A stretch of 62,636 nt of DNA, filler included, from Hausera hauseri (GCA_046269625.1; 12 parts of 12 records of this genome joined end to end with filler, not necessarily neighbours in it); one strand, 5' to 3'; shown: positions 12,278 to 25,758, counted from the first letter of the whole stretch. Notes: generated from the letters alone by a model not told the origin. Program-made: numbers and translations.

Positions 12278-13713
12278 TGTAAATATCTTTACTATCATCT
12301 TCCCTCCATATAGTATATTTTGATTCAACGTCCATACTGTTCGTTTAAGTTAAAATTATATCCATTTTAATTTTTCTGTGCTGTATTGGAAGAAATCTGA
12401 TATGTATATTTGACTAATTCTTTGAGAACTATAATAATTATTGTGCTTATTATACTACTCAAAATATTAGAATCCTTATTCTAAATGAAGCATCCTTATT
12501 TGACAAATATTTTTCTTTTGAATGATTCTAGATATCTATAGAATATGCTCACTATTTATGTTTCCTCTTTTGATGCATTTTTTACTGTATGACTTGAAGA
12601 AATGTGGATTCCTATTTTTACAGTTGTATACAATTCATTTTCAGTTTGAAAAGTTTACTGATTTAGAACATCTTTACTGACAGTATTTAAGTAATCCCAA
12701 TGTATCACCTTTGAATAGTTACGTTTCAAGTTATAAATTTTTCTTTATTTTTAAGGTTTACTAATAATGTCCTTTAAAGTATTGACTGTCAGAATTACTC
12801 AAAGTACTAAGAAAACATTTTGATGTATGGCGGACATGTATGATAAATGTAATGATGTCATTTCGAAGTAGAGTTTAGCAAATCGTGCATATTAAGAAAG
12901 AGAATGTGATATGTAAAGGTCTATGTGAAAATTTAATGTATTATATTTATACTACCCTGACACCTAGAAGTAAATTAAGGTACGGAAAATTGTGCAGGAT
13001 TCTGAAATTTATCCTAAATGTACATATTTTTAATGATATAGGACATTGTTTTCTTGGGTGCTTAAATTTTGTCTGTAAAACATGATTTCTTTGGTGCTAA
13101 GAATTGAACTGCATTGGAGTTGTAAAGGACTCCGTATGTTGCAACCATGCGTGTGTTTCTGTTGAAACATTTGTATGGCTGTATGATTGCCTATTCTGTA
13201 TATTTATTGTATCCTAGTATGACTGTATAATTGTATATGTATTTTTCAATTCTATATTATCATATTCTGATATTCATCACCAAGCATGTCAGTTGTATAT
13301 TATTGTATCTGTTAATAACATTGTGAACAGTTCATGTTTTAGTGTAAATAACCCCCTTATTATCTTTTGGTTTTGTATTGGGACTGAAAATGGAGCCCTA
13401 TACAGGTTCACAGACCTTTTGCAGCGTGTTGACGTAATGCCTGAGTATAGGCCGGTTGTATCGCGTACTTCTTGGCCGGGTCGCTACTACGAATAGCTTT
13501 GAGTCCGAACAACATTCCAGAGTGGCATATTTTGTCCGTGTGGTCAGCAGTTATCATTTTGCTGCCATTTTTCGTATACCTACGAAGAACGATGTTAACG
13601 CCTGTGCAATTAGATTAACCCAGTAAATGATGCCATATTGGCGATAAAACACAGACTCCTCAGCTATATCGATGTCAGTAAGTAGATTGATCCGGAGGAC
13701 CAAATCTTTTTTC

Positions 13714-14044
13714 AAAGGGGGGAGAAATGTTATGGTTTCTTAATTGATTCAGAACCCGATTTCGAAAAAATAAACAAACCACAAAATGAAACAACAATTC
13801 AATACAAATTCAGAGAATTTGAACCGAAACAAAAACGACACGTGCTGACATCTATTCATGATTCAAAAAGCAGTAACACTAACAATAACATATTTGTGAT
13901 CCGAAATATTAACAATAACAACATTAACTATAATATCTTTGTGATCCGAAATTGTTCAGTGCAAATAAATCTGACTATGACTATGTGAATATTTTGTTAT
14001 AAATAATAAATACTTGTATATATATAAACGTCTTACTCTTGTGA
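13714..14044 (+). repeat. Polypurine tract (13714-13727) and start of 3' LTR (TG at 13728)
   Basis: GAGGACCAAATCTTTTTTCAAAGGGGGGAGAAA|TGTTATGG, typical Gypsy PPT/LTR junction. Confidence 0.65.
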
Positions 14045-15159
14045 NNNNNNNNNNNNNNNNNNNNNNNNNNNNNNNNNNNNNNNNNNNNTTAATTAATTAA
14101 NNNNNNNNNNNNNNNNNNNNNNNNNNNNNNNNNNNNNNNNNNNNTATGGAATTAATAGAAGCCACTGTTATTAATATCCCGTATAATTGATTCATCAATA
14201 TCATACTTTTGAATAATTTCATCGCATATCTCATTTAGTTTACTTTCAGAATCTTCACCATGAGTTCCTTTTAAACTATCTCCATCGATGGTAGGAATAA
14301 ATTTATCCAAATTTCTTGAAAATTCGGAACTAGCAAAAGATTGCTTTGCCCATTCAGAAAAATTAATCCCATCAGATAAACTCTTCAGATCAAGCAATTC
14401 TGTGTTTGATGATATATTAATTGTCTTAACGCTAGATAAAAAGAATTTGTAAACAGTTTCACAAAAAGAAAACTCCATTTTGAATTTTGGCACTAAAAGA
14501 TTTATTTTTGTCTAACAAAATTTCAAAACTCTTGGCACAGTAAAACAAAATCAGTTCCAATCAAGAAAAAAAACGAAAAACAAAAAATATAGTTCATTTA
14601 TATATGCACATGTACAACAAACGCCACAATGCATGCACACCGACTGCCACATGTGTTGCCCTGCCATTTTCTCGTGCAGAACGCAAAAGAATAGACATGA
14701 ATAATGTCGGTTTTATGCATGATTAGAACAAGTTCTGCCCGAGGAACCACTGCTGTTCAGAAGTCTGAGATCCTGCTTGTTCTTCATATAGCACTTTTCA
14801 CTACCCCACGACCGCCAAACAAAACCCGGAGAAAAGGGAGGCATTCGGTCCCGGACTTGCGCGTCGCCAGGGAACAACAAACACCCGATCTCGTCTCGCA
14901 AGTGGGCAAACCATGTGGTCACCACATCATCCCTCGTGTCTGAGTTGAAATACTCTAAAGTACTACAAAACGAGAAGCAGAAGCGGAAAAGGGTGAAAGT
15001 GTATTTAAAAGTGGACTGTTTCAAGGCGTTCAGTTTCCGGTTGGTATTTTACTCTGCACTATTTTTTGAATATTTACGGTTTTGCTTGCTCGTATACGTG
15101 GCTTGTTTGTTTGCAACTGATTTTGGTGTAAAACCGATGTTAGTTTTGGGATTGTGTTG

Positions 15160-15540
15160 AGTGAAAGTAGAAATGAAGAAGTATGTGTCAAAGGAGGATG
15201 AGACAAAGGATGAAAAGGACTAGAGTTTGAGAGAGGAGGAAGTTGCGATGTGGAAATGAAAGGAGTAGAAGATGGTGTGTTAGGAAAAGGGAGGAAAGAG
15301 AGCGCCGACGATGACGGAGGTGTGGAAGGAGAAAGAGAGAGGACGCCGAAGAGGGACAAGACGGAAGAGAGTAAGAAGATAAAGATGGTGAAGGAGAGGA
15401 GTTGGAAGGTGACATGCAGGAGGTTGAAATGATGAAAGGCGTAGATGGAGAGATTGGTGAAGTAGAAGTGGTGATTGGCGGAGAAAGTTTCGTAGGAGGG
15501 AAAGGCAGGTTGCCATCAGGGGATTAAGGAGGTGTTAAGA
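15160..15540. repeat. Purine-rich low-complexity tract (Ser/Pro-rich on minus strand) downstream of Gypsy integrase
   Basis: GA-rich composition; ORFs here are low-complexity. Confidence 0.6.
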
Positions 15541-15759
15541 GGCTTGAAGGTGCAGAATTGGATGGGGAAAAGGGGATGAACTGTCAGAAAAAGTTAAAGT
15601 AGAAGGATTGAGAGAAAAAGTAGGGGAAAGTGGATTAAAGGATTGAACAGAAATTTGCGAATTTTTGGACTGCTGCGCGTCGTGTAAAGATGTTGGTGGT
15701 GAAATGATCTCGATGGGAGACATATCGTTAATGAAAAGAGCTGACTTAATGTTGTTGAT

Positions 15760-17620
15760 GTGCACTGTCACTTCTTTGTCGTCTTTGAGGATAATGACGT
15801 TATGGAAATGTAAACGAATTACTTTGTAAGGGCGAATTTACTGAGGTTGAAAACCACACGGCGTCCTATTCTTTAGCCATACGAACTTAGCAGTATATAA
15901 ATTGTCGGGTATGTAGCGTTTATTTCCGTGTAATAGTCTACAAAATGAGTCTTTGCTAATCACAACAAAGTGTCTCTGGGCCGCTTGTATGGTTTCGTCT
16001 GTAGGAATATTTTCCAGCTCAACCAGCTCGAATAATGGTCTGATAGAAGTACCAAATAATGCTTCTGCAGGTGAACAGCCTGTAGAAGTAGATGGTGTGT
16101 TCCGCCAGCCAAGCAGAACCTATGAAAAGAGTGTAGTCCAACTGCGATTGGACTAAGCCAGGATTTTGAGATACGCTTTCATCGTTCGGTGAAAGTGTTC
16201 GAGAAGGCCATTCGATTGGGGATAATATGGTGATGTTGGAATGTGGTTAATTCCAAATCGATTGACAAGAGCTTTAAACAGGTTGGATTCGAACTGTGGG
16301 CCTTGATCCGAAATGATGTGGCGAGATGATCCAAACCTGCTGATCCAATTGCGTATGAAAACGTCTGCCACTGTTTCTGTGTTGGTACTCCGAAGCGGGA
16401 CAGCCTCGGGCCATCGCGAGGAACGGTCCATTATTGTGAGGATGAAATAATGGCCGTTGTCTAAGGGTAGTGAGCTTACGAGGTCAATGTGAACAGATTC
16501 AAGACGAGACGTGCAGGGAAAATGATACAGTGGTGGCTTTAAGTGCTTAGTAACTTTGTATTTTTGGCATGCCACACACTGTATAACCCATGCCTGCACC
16601 TCACAGCGCATAGACGGCCATAGTACTTGGCGTTGTAAAAGTCGAAAAGTGGCCTTGGCACTAGTACGGCGAAACGAATGGATTTTGTTGAATGCTTCTT
16701 TTTGAAGCGATTCAGAAAGGATGACTTTAGGATTATTAGGATTGGAGGTGTCAAAGGCCACACCGTCGATGGTTTTGCATGATTTAAAAGATTTAAGGAT
16801 GTCAGGAGATGGCTGGTTTTCTAGAAGTTTGGATTGAGGGAAAATTGATGTAAAATCAATCGAGCTGACTGATCGGGACAAGAAGTCAGCTACTAAATTT
16901 TTGACTCTGTTTAAGTGCTTAATTTCAAAATCAAATGCGGATAAATACGATATTTGTCTCTCCTGACGTAAAGAAGGCGATTTCATGGTGAGAATTTGAA
17001 GCAAGGGTTTGTTGTCCGTTTGTGTTGTAAAAGTTTTGTGCGGTTAGCAGATGCTTGAAGTGTTTTACGGCAAGGATCATTGCAAGCAACTCTCTGTCAA
17101 AGGTGAAATATCTTTGCTCTTGTGCCGTGAATTTCCGAGAAAAGAATTCTAATGGCTCATTGGATCAATTTTTGACTTGATGGAGGACAGCACCTACAGC
17201 TGTTGTGGACGCATCCGTGGTTAAGAGTTCTGCATGGGGGTCAGGATACGCGAGGATTTACACGGTTTTTAGACTATCTTTGAGGTGATCGAAAGCGTTG
17301 GCTAGCTTAACGGTCCATTAAATACGCTGCTTTTTCTTGCCAGAGCTTAGTGATTCAGATGGAGCAGTTAGAGTGGAGCAGTGTGGAATATACTTATGAA
17401 TAAAGTGCAAGGTTCCGAGGAAAGAACGCATCTCTGTTGATGTACGTGGCAGCTGTATGTTTTTGAGCTGTGTGATGCGCTCTGACTGAGGTGAATGTCC
17501 GGAGGAGCTAATAACATGTCCTAGGAAGTTGTCCTTGTGTTGAAAAAAAGAGAATTTGGAGGAATTAATTTGCAAATTGTTTTGGTGCAAGCGCTGGGAA
17601 ATTAAACGTAAGTGCTTAGT
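15760..17620 (-). mobile_element. Degenerate Ty3/Gypsy pol fragment (RT end - RNase H - integrase)
   Basis: NFLGHVISSSG...RSFLG (17318-17836 ORF); TDASTTAVGAVL...FDRELLA (17050-17220); integrase ORF 16153-17004. Confidence 0.9.
16153..17004 (-). CDS. Gypsy RNase H C-terminus + integrase (HHCC-like and DDE core)
   Basis: NLVADFLSR, WPSMR...CVACQ, VHIDLV, DRSSRWPEAVPL, ISDQGPQFES, YYPQSNGLLEHFHRTMK. Confidence 0.9.
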   Translation of the reverse strand: MLQILTMKSPSLRQERQISYLSAFDFEIKHLNRVKNLVADFLSRSVSSIDFTSIFPQSKLLENQPSPDILKSFKSCKTIDGVAFDTSNPNNPKVILSESLQKEAFNKIHSFRRTSAKATFRLLQRQVLWPSMRCEVQAWVIQCVACQKYKVTKHLKPPLYHFPCTSRLESVHIDLVSSLPLDNGHYFILTIMDRSSRWPEAVPLRSTNTETVADVFIRNWISRFGSSRHIISDQGPQFESNLFKALVNRFGINHIPTSPYYPQSNGLLEHFHRTMKAYLKILA

Positions 17621-19683
17621 ATAGATCTGCTGTTGTATATAGGTATCGGTCGCAGCTCCTTTGATGTAAATAATATGGTTAAAGCATTCAAAAATTTTAA
17701 CTATGTTTTGTTGGTGCATTGAAATGTTACTTGTTAGATTTCTTTGAACCAACAATGTTTTATCATTATTTCGTAAATTCAGGGCTTTGAAATGTATTGC
17801 AAGCAACAATGTAAGTTTATGTTGACTGGTTTTCATTATATGATCAAAGAAAATTCACATAAAACCTTCTGATATATATTTTTGATAATTCAATCACAGT
17901 GTAAAAATTTATTATTAGATATTGTTTTCTTAAAACAAAGTTTCCAGCTGTGATCCACTTGTAATGGGTTTTCGTGTGCACGACCTGCACGCGGGATGTC
18001 TCAATCTGGCAAATTCATCGGAAATTCCCCTGGACAAAAATGATTTGTAAAACAGATCTTGTTTTGCTTTTAAACATCCTCCCTCCCTCTTTCTCCCTGG
18101 GGATTCTATTTCTCTGTAATAGTTCACAAAGTATGCAGACAAGTTTGCATCTGTTGTAAAAAAAAAAAAAAAAAAGAACGAGACAGTTTTGAAGAACCGC
18201 GAAGGTAGAACGACTGGAGCAAGTGTATAACAAAATGATAGTTTAATGTCATAGTGAATATAATCACTGTTTTATTTTAAAGAGAATATAATCCCTCTTT
18301 AGAAAAAAAAAAGGATCTTATGCGACAAACTACGAAATAGAATTATCGGCATCCCGAATAAATGTGTCGCCTTGAAAAAAGGCACGCTATTTTTTTTTTT
18401 TTATAGCGTGACAGAAATCGCAGATTGAATCATATCAGGAACATCTCTTATGGCCAGAAACCTAGGCTTACAAACATTTACGAGGGAAACCCAGGAAGAG
18501 AGGCTTTGGTGTTTGCATTTCAAATATTACACGATTCAAAACCTGAGTACAACTGTGATGGTGACAAACGATTTTTTTTTCCACTGGTGTAAATGGAGGA
18601 GACAACCTGTCCTGGTACCAGGGTAAGCTGCCATGAAAATGTGGTCCTGTTAAAAGGGGGCGATAAATTCCAATGAGAAAATTTCCCTAATAGTTAAAAA
18701 TCGAAAAAGGGGTACTAACGAGCGAAAGAAACTTTTTTATTGTAAAGGTAAAGAAAGGGGCTGCCATAAGGCAACGATACGGTCATGCAATATAACATAC
18801 AGGTAAACTAATACAGTACAAAAAATAGAATGTAAAAAGAGACATTAACAGCATGTCTGAAACGGGTGGTGATAAGATTTATCATTTACTGTGGTGGTGC
18901 CAAGACTCACAGTGTGTGCTGAAAAATATTTACTGGCGTATGGTGAGTAAGAAATAATAATAAGAAGAAACTATTTTCAAAGGGTTGAGAATTGGGCATG
19001 CAGGCCCGTATTACACTCTGCCCTTCGAAAGAGTGGTTAATGAAGATTGGTTAATGAAGAGTGGTTAAAAAAGAAAGAGTGGTTGGTGCTTCTAGACAAG
19101 TTCATGCTTAGCAATATGTCACGGACATACGTTCTGGATCATACTTGAGTGAGAGGAAATGAGAAAGTAGATAAGATGGCTAGAAATTATTTGCACACAG
19201 TACCGAGAAAGTAAACTGTGGTAGGAGGAGAGAGAAAGCATTGGATGAACATTATAGCGCTACAAGGTTGTGGGGTCGATTCCTACTAGTGATAATCGAG
19301 TCTTTTTCAGACCAATTGGTTCCACCAGTTTCAGAAACTGATAATACTGTTTAAAAAAGTAAACTTTCTTTTGATTCGGGGACATATTGTGTCTTCCTAA
19401 TCCCTTATGACAAAAATAAAGAGAAATTCTCTATTGTCCCACACGGTCTTTGCTTTTGTTGTTTATAANNNNNNNNNNNNNNNNNNNNNNNNNNNNNNNN
19501 NNNNNNNNNNNNTTAATTAATTAANNNNNNNNNNNNNNNNNNNNNNNNNNNNNNNNNNNNNNNNNNNNACAGTATTTATGACTGTCTCTGCAAATGTTTT
19601 TGTAATTGATAGATTTTTGGCATTATATTCTTTTTTATATTCTTTCTTTTGTTCACTCGAAATTTTGATTGCTTTATCCAAAG

Positions 19684-21830
19684 TTAAAACTTTTCTCTGT
19701 CCACTAAGTATTCGAGTTGAGTTTTCCTCATTACTATAATCGCATTTGTTTTAGTCTTTAATCTCGATAACGCGTCAGCATCGACATGTTTACTACAGGG
19801 CTTATATTGAAATTCAATGTTANNNNNNNNNNTCGTGAGATCTCTGATCCATCTGTTGAGTCTGCATGTTGGATTGTTTACCCATTCTTTCAAAGTCGTG
19901 ACGGCTTTATGATTGGTAACAATTATAATTTTCTGTCCGTAGACATAGGCGTTAAAATGTCGCAGCGCTTCTTTTACAGCCAATGTTTCTAATTCCATAA
20001 CTGAGTAATTTTTGTCGGCTTTCTTCAGTGATCGTCCATCATAAGCGATCGGGTGCTGCCGTTCTTCGTCATCTCTTTTCTGGGCTAATTCATATCCGAT
20101 ACCTTCTTTACTGGCGTCAGTTTTAATAATAAATGGAAACCTAAAATGAGGTTATTTTAAAAATAGTTCACTTTTAAAATTTTCTTCATTTCATCGAAAG
20201 CATTTTGTTCGTCCTTTGACCATTTACATTTAATTCCCTTTTTAGTAAGCGGTACAGAGATGCATTTATTTTTGAATTATCTGGCACGTATGTAGCGTAG
20301 TATCCACACAAACTTAACCAATTTCTCAACTCCTTTTTGGTTTTGTGGTTCCACATAGTCCGATATCTTGTTTAATAATGACTTATCCGGTTTCGATCCT
20401 CCTTCTCCAACTAAATGTACAAGTTAGGATACTGCATTTCGGACCCATTTATATTTTTTAGGATTTAACTTTAATCATGCTTGCTCTGATCTCTTGAGTG
20501 TATCTTTTAAATGTTCTTCCGTTCTTGATGCGATCAATGCGTCATCTAAATAGGCAAATGCATGATCAAGTTCCATTAACATTTTATTCATCATTCTTGT
20601 GCTGATCCAGTTGTAATTCCGAATGGCGTTATAATAAATTAGTATATACCATCGTTAATTTTAAACGCCGTTTTATAACGGTCATCTTCAATTTCTACTT
20701 GCCAATATCAGGATTGTAAGTTCAGAATGGTAAACCATTTTGCACCCGAGAGTCTGTCTAAAGCTTCCTTTACTGATGGAAATGGAAAAGAATCTTTCAT
20801 CAGTAGAGCATTCAGTGCCGTACATTCAATACAAAATCTATGTTTTGTAGAACCTTTCTATTTGACCGTAAGTATCGGCGAATACCAAGATCGGTAACTT
20901 AAACTAATTGTATATGCTTTTACCATTTGTTCAACTTTTGTTATTTAGTATTAGTGAATGTGGCTGTGGATACCACTTAGGTATCTTTTGGTCCTCGAGA
21001 TCAATCTCGTCGTTAGACCTAGAGTTTTTCTTTAGTGGGGTCGTTAATCTCAGAGCTTTAGCTGTACCAATATATTCTTCCTTCGAAATAATTTATTTAT
21101 AACGGCGCAGACGGTCATAAAAGCGACAATAGGATTCAGATGAAAACTTGTTCTTAACATGAGGTGGAAATTCAGTGCATTTATAAGGTTTTTCTTCTAT
21201 AGTTATTGATTACACTTTATATGTATGGGCTAAAATAGTATTAGAGTATAGTTTGGTCGGAATTGGCGCGACCTGTCTATACTCTTGTCAATGTGTTACT
21301 GAGTACAATGCTTGGATTTAATGTTTCTTTTGGTTCGAAATATACTGGCTGGTCATCATCTTGTCGAATCCGTACATAAATCAGCATTTCTGTTCTGGGT
21401 GGAATATTTTCACCTACTGGAATCCACACTTCTCCGGATTTTTTATCTTTTGTAGTTTTTACTCTTTTTAATGATCCAAGTTCCATTAATTTACCAGCAT
21501 GAAAATCTATTGCCACATTTGGTAATTGTCTTACCAAATCATATCCTAACACTACATCGTCCGTTAGTTGTTCCATTATTAATGAAATGATTATCCTATC
21601 ATATGTATTTCGGAATTCCATCTGTATTCACATATTGAGGTCTGTCCAAAAGCTCCAATAATTTCTGGATCTGCTGCTGGAGACGAGTATAGTTGTTTTC
21701 GTAGAACCTGTAGTATCGAGTCATATTTTATCAGTGATATTTCGGATCACATATATATTAGTGCACAGACTTCCAAATCTTCTATATTAATTTTAGCGAA
21801 GGGTCTGCATTCCATGATTGTACCATAAAA
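19684..21830 (-). pseudogene. Gypsy pol: aspartic protease, RT, RNase H (fragmented)
   Basis: RPFAKINIEDLEVCALI, DVVLGYDL, RFCIECTALN, PFGI, AFAYLDD, KTDASKEGIG, ELETLAVKEALRHF, HVDADALSR. Confidence 0.9.
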
Positions 21831-22479
21831 GATCGGTGCTACTTTAGGATGCTTAATTACTGATACTTTATATCCATTAATTCTACTTTTTGGTGTCGTA
21901 ACCGGTTGATGAATTAACTGCCTCAATTCACCATTCGGATATAGTTCATTATTTACACAATTGACAGTTCCTGTTTCTTGGCTTCTGATTATTGGTTGTG
22001 ATTCTTGGTTTCTGAAAGTTTGCATTTCGCGGTCTCTTGAAAACATTGATCGTATTTCATTAGTTCTGTGTTTTTGGCGAATACAATATTTTATAGTCGT
22101 CAAATGACTGGCATCCGAACGGAGCATATGTTTATTTTTCTTCACGCATCTTCCATAGTACACCGTAATGTTTCATTCCGTTGTACGGATCTTCAAAACT
22201 AAACGGTTTTCTATAGATGCACGCTTGATACGAACTCGTCGATCGTTTATCGCAATCTTCATATATCAGTTCAGATGGCGGTAATATCGGCAACCGTGGA
22301 TTTATGACGGAGTACTTTTTGTGTCTAATTAACCTGGAGATGGCGTCTCCTGTCTTAGGCTCTTCATTACCCGAATTGTTTTTTCGCTTTTTCTGGTTGA
22401 GGAAAAATGTAGGTTTCTTTCATCGTTCACATTTATGATAGTCAACATGACGTTGTGCATCAGTTATCCACCTGCTTTC

Positions 22480-24290
22480 ATCACAAGCCCTTAACAATTT
22501 ATCGAACGGTGTTATAATTGCAGTCAAGATTTTGCATGAAAATCCGGTAAACGTAAATATCTCGTATCAATTTATAACTGCTTGAATTACGGCTTTGATT
22601 AATTGTACTAAGAAATAGATCGCTAAAAATCCAGATGCTGTTTGTACGGAAATTATAAATCTCCAATTTTTGTGTATTTCGGTGGTTACTCGTTGATAAT
22701 TATTTGCACCAAGTAATGATTCCCATTTTGCTTGATAGCGAATATCGTCTACAATTGCAGACATGGCTCGATTTAGGTCGTGTGTTCGTTGACATGGAAA
22801 AGCGATAATCTGTCTAAAAGCTTCAACGTCCTTTGGTCTATAATTGCCCTTTGTTGGGGTATCCTGAAATTTATCATCCGTTATTCCTTTTACGATATTG
22901 GTTCCTGTTAGTTTGTTAGTGGCAACATTCAGGCCCCCATTCAGTAGACTTACCCAATCCGTTTCACCACATCTAAACATGGGTTCTCCTAAGCTCGATT
23001 TACATTCTTTTAAGATTGTTGGCTAAGTTGCTTTAGCTAACAAGGCCCTAGTAAGTGACATAGCTAATCAGGATGTATTCTGGTACAAAACTGGAAGTTC
23101 TTGTATACACCGTTTTTCTTCGACATTAATAGTTCATCTCTCTTTCCACATTCATAAGTTAACAGGACTTTGCTCGTGACTCGACCGAAAATTCCTTCTT
23201 TCATTTGAATTATTGGTGACACTAATTCAGTATTGGTACAGATTAAAGCCAGTTTCGTTCTCATGATTTCCATATCTAATTTAAATCGTACGTTATCATT
23301 TTGCGGTATAGTTCCGTTATTCCGACTTGCCCTTGTAGTAGAAATAATCGTTTCTGTTCTCCACGTTATCTTCGAATCGTACATCTTGTGTTTCTTACTT
23401 ATGTCCGTGCATTTATTTCGGTTTCCGCTACAAAAAATGCCTCGTAATTTGTCTCGTGCATTACTACTTCGCAAAGTGAGAGAATTTCTTGATCAATTTT
23501 AATCCATAAGGGTCAGAAATTAGTATAGTTGGTGTAGCGTTCCTCCACGTCTTCTCGTGTCCTTATGCTACTATCTATCTTGTTCACATATCGGTTGCCA
23601 GTCATATCATTGAACTCCAGTTCCTTAACTTTGATGAAATTACAATCTTTTCCAGACGGTGGTTCCCAGGTTATGGCTGAACTCTTAAAAGCCCAAGTAC
23701 CCTACTGTAAATGACATTTTTGGTTTTCGAGATATAGTTTGGTGACGCTATGACACATCACTTTCCTTGTTTGCATTTCAGTTTCATAGAAATATACAAC
23801 TACCACACCTCCTTCTTTCCTTCTTCCAGTGTCGTATTATACGCCACCACAATATCCGGTATGGATGTATTATTTTCCCGCTGCTAATTTAAATGATCTA
23901 ATTATTTTCCCTTGCTGCAGTTCGAGTTCCATATCGTCTTATTTTAATCTACCGGTTTCTGTAGCTTGACTACAGTGTTGTCTTTCCAAGCTCATTGGGA
24001 TCGGTGGGGTTGGATTATTGATGGATGTCCATACATCTGTCAACAATGCAAAACACTACAAGATCTACGTAACATACATTCTATTCCATCTAGCGAAATC
24101 ATTTCACGTTATTGATATAGTACGTAGCTTTTCTCTTTTGATTCCAATTTATGTGGGCTGTCATCTCCAGACGTTTCCAAATCTATCAACGAATATTTTA
24201 GCCAAGTTTAAGTTTGTCACAGTCGTATACCATGATAACTCCCATTTATTTTATCAACATCATCGGGGTTAGAAAGTTAATTAACCAACT
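22480..24290 (-). pseudogene. Chuvirus-like (class III-type) envelope glycoprotein, decayed
   Basis: Signal-like WLINFLTPMMLI then MVYDC; GIECMLRRSCSVLHC; GYCGGV; AITWEPPSGKDCNF; EGIFGRVTSKVLLTYEC; CLQELPVLYQN...TRAL...EPMFRCGETDW; DVEAFRQIIAFPCQR; TM GFLAIYFLVQLIKAVIQAVIN. Confidence 0.7.
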
Positions 24291-24854
24291 TTGTTCGTTT
24301 CCTCGGTTATGACCCGTCTAATTTCGTACCACATTCTCGAGTCTGCTAGAGGATGACTTATTTTGGTATTCTTCCATTTCAAATAGTTTAGTCCAGTTTA
24401 TTTCTCGAAGTAATTTTCTGGCGGCTTTCCCTGCTACGTTATTAGCTCTGTTAAATTAATTTTCTCGCGTTGGATTTGTTTTAATGTCCAAATACAGTAA
24501 TACCTTTGTTAATTATTCTGTTATTTTCTACCGTGATCTTCTCAGTCACTGTTCGATCCGTTAAAGTGTTTTTAAATAATCTGAAACGAGAATTTCTCAT
24601 TGTTCTGACTGCGTTATATATAGCTTTTTCTCTTTCATCTGGTACATCGTCACGGAGACTAGATTATTTCATGATACGCATTAAATTCTTCATGAGTTCG
24701 GTTAATTCTTCGTTATCCGTGTTGAAAGTAGGTACAACATTTGCTTTAGTTCTCNNNNNNNNNNNNNNNNNNNNNNNNNNNNNNNNNNNNNNNNNNNNTT
24801 AATTAATTAANNNNNNNNNNNNNNNNNNNNNNNNNNNNNNNNNNNNNNNNNNNN

Positions 24855-25624
24855 CATTTGGCTGCCAGTGTAGGTGATACAAGTGCGAGGTCGATGACAC
24901 TGTCAGAATCACCCGGTCTGCTCGCCAATCTCGTCGCCCTGCCATCATTGGTGCACACCAGGTCAGCTGTTACAAGGGCGTCTTCTAAGTCCTCGCCTTG
25001 CTTGTTAAGGGTGACATTTCCCCACTGCCTGCCTCTGGCATTGAAGTCCCCACAGAAGATTATGTTCTTTTCATCCCGTGCGAACAGACTTTGCCACATG
25101 CTGGTATCAACCTTACCATTGCATGCGTACACGTTAACAACCAGTAAGGACACTGGGTCTTCCACTCTGACAGCGTGGGTCTGCAAAGCTTCATTGTTCC
25201 AGCTGGACATGTCCACCTCCGAGGCCCTCAAACTATCACGTACGAAGATGGCCTGTCCACGATGTTGTCTGTTAAAATATGCCTGGAAGCCCGCCACTCT
25301 TACTGTCTTATCATTGAGGTTGGTTTCTTGTAGACAGACGATGTCGGAGCCGTATACAAGTTTGTCAAGAATAGGTCTCCGTTGACTCACACTAGCGATG
25401 TTCCAATACATTATGCGAATATTTTTACGGCCTATCCTTTCACATTTCGTTTTTCTCCTGCTGCAGCCCGCTCGCTTCCCTCTCTGTCTCCCCTTACCTC
25501 GAGTTCCTCTGAATTTCTTGTTAGTTGTTTTGGTTGACATAGTTTCGTTCCCACGCTGACGGGATCCTAGCAACGCGGATCGCTGCGAGTCAGCACAAGC
25601 ACTGTAGCGACTGCGCGGATCCAT
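24855..25624 (-). CDS. Apurinic-like endonuclease (APE) N-terminus of a non-LTR retrotransposon, truncated by contig end
   Basis: IMYWNI, DIVCLQET, VNVYA, IFCGDFNARGRQWG, SVIDLALVSP. Confidence 0.92.
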
Positions 25625-25758
25625 TCCACGCTAACGACTGATACACCTCAGCCACACAGCCCCTCGGCACGTGGAAAAACCTTGGGCTTGGTAGATAACC
25701 GTTTCAAATCGTTTGCTGGATGGAAAAACCGACCTCTATCTGCGTAAACAGAAAAGAA

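Larger units (their letters stand above)
8585..14044 (+). mobile_element. Putative non-autonomous LTR retroelement (LARD-like): 5' LTR end, PBS, internal region without gag/pol, PPT, 3' LTR start
   Basis: ...tgtagCA-ttttt-TGGTGCCGTGACCCGGGATT at the left end; AAAGGGGGGAGAAA-TGTTATGG at the right end; no gag/pol ORF between them. Confidence 0.6.
19569..24754 (-). mobile_element. Degenerate Gypsy element with chuvirus-like glycoprotein gene upstream of PR-RT-RH
   Basis: Glycoprotein remnants 24290-22480, protease ~21830-21480, RT ~20960-20230, RNase H ~20140-19700, all on the minus strand. Confidence 0.8.

Noticed and set aside
14152-14493. 113-aa acidic ORF
   Set aside because: No recognisable motif and near the contig edge; cannot be assigned
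15030-15516. Ser/Pro-rich ORFs as genes
   Set aside because: Low-complexity purine/pyrimidine tract that is open in several frames
17930-18625. Possible isolated host exons on both strands
   Set aside because: Splice-like signals are present but there is no recognisable protein or consistent gene model
24858-25385. Antisense ORFs overlapping TE genes (also 3330-3677, 31275-31766, 47560-48153, 60637-61227)
   Set aside because: Shadows of the real coding strand with no motifs of their own
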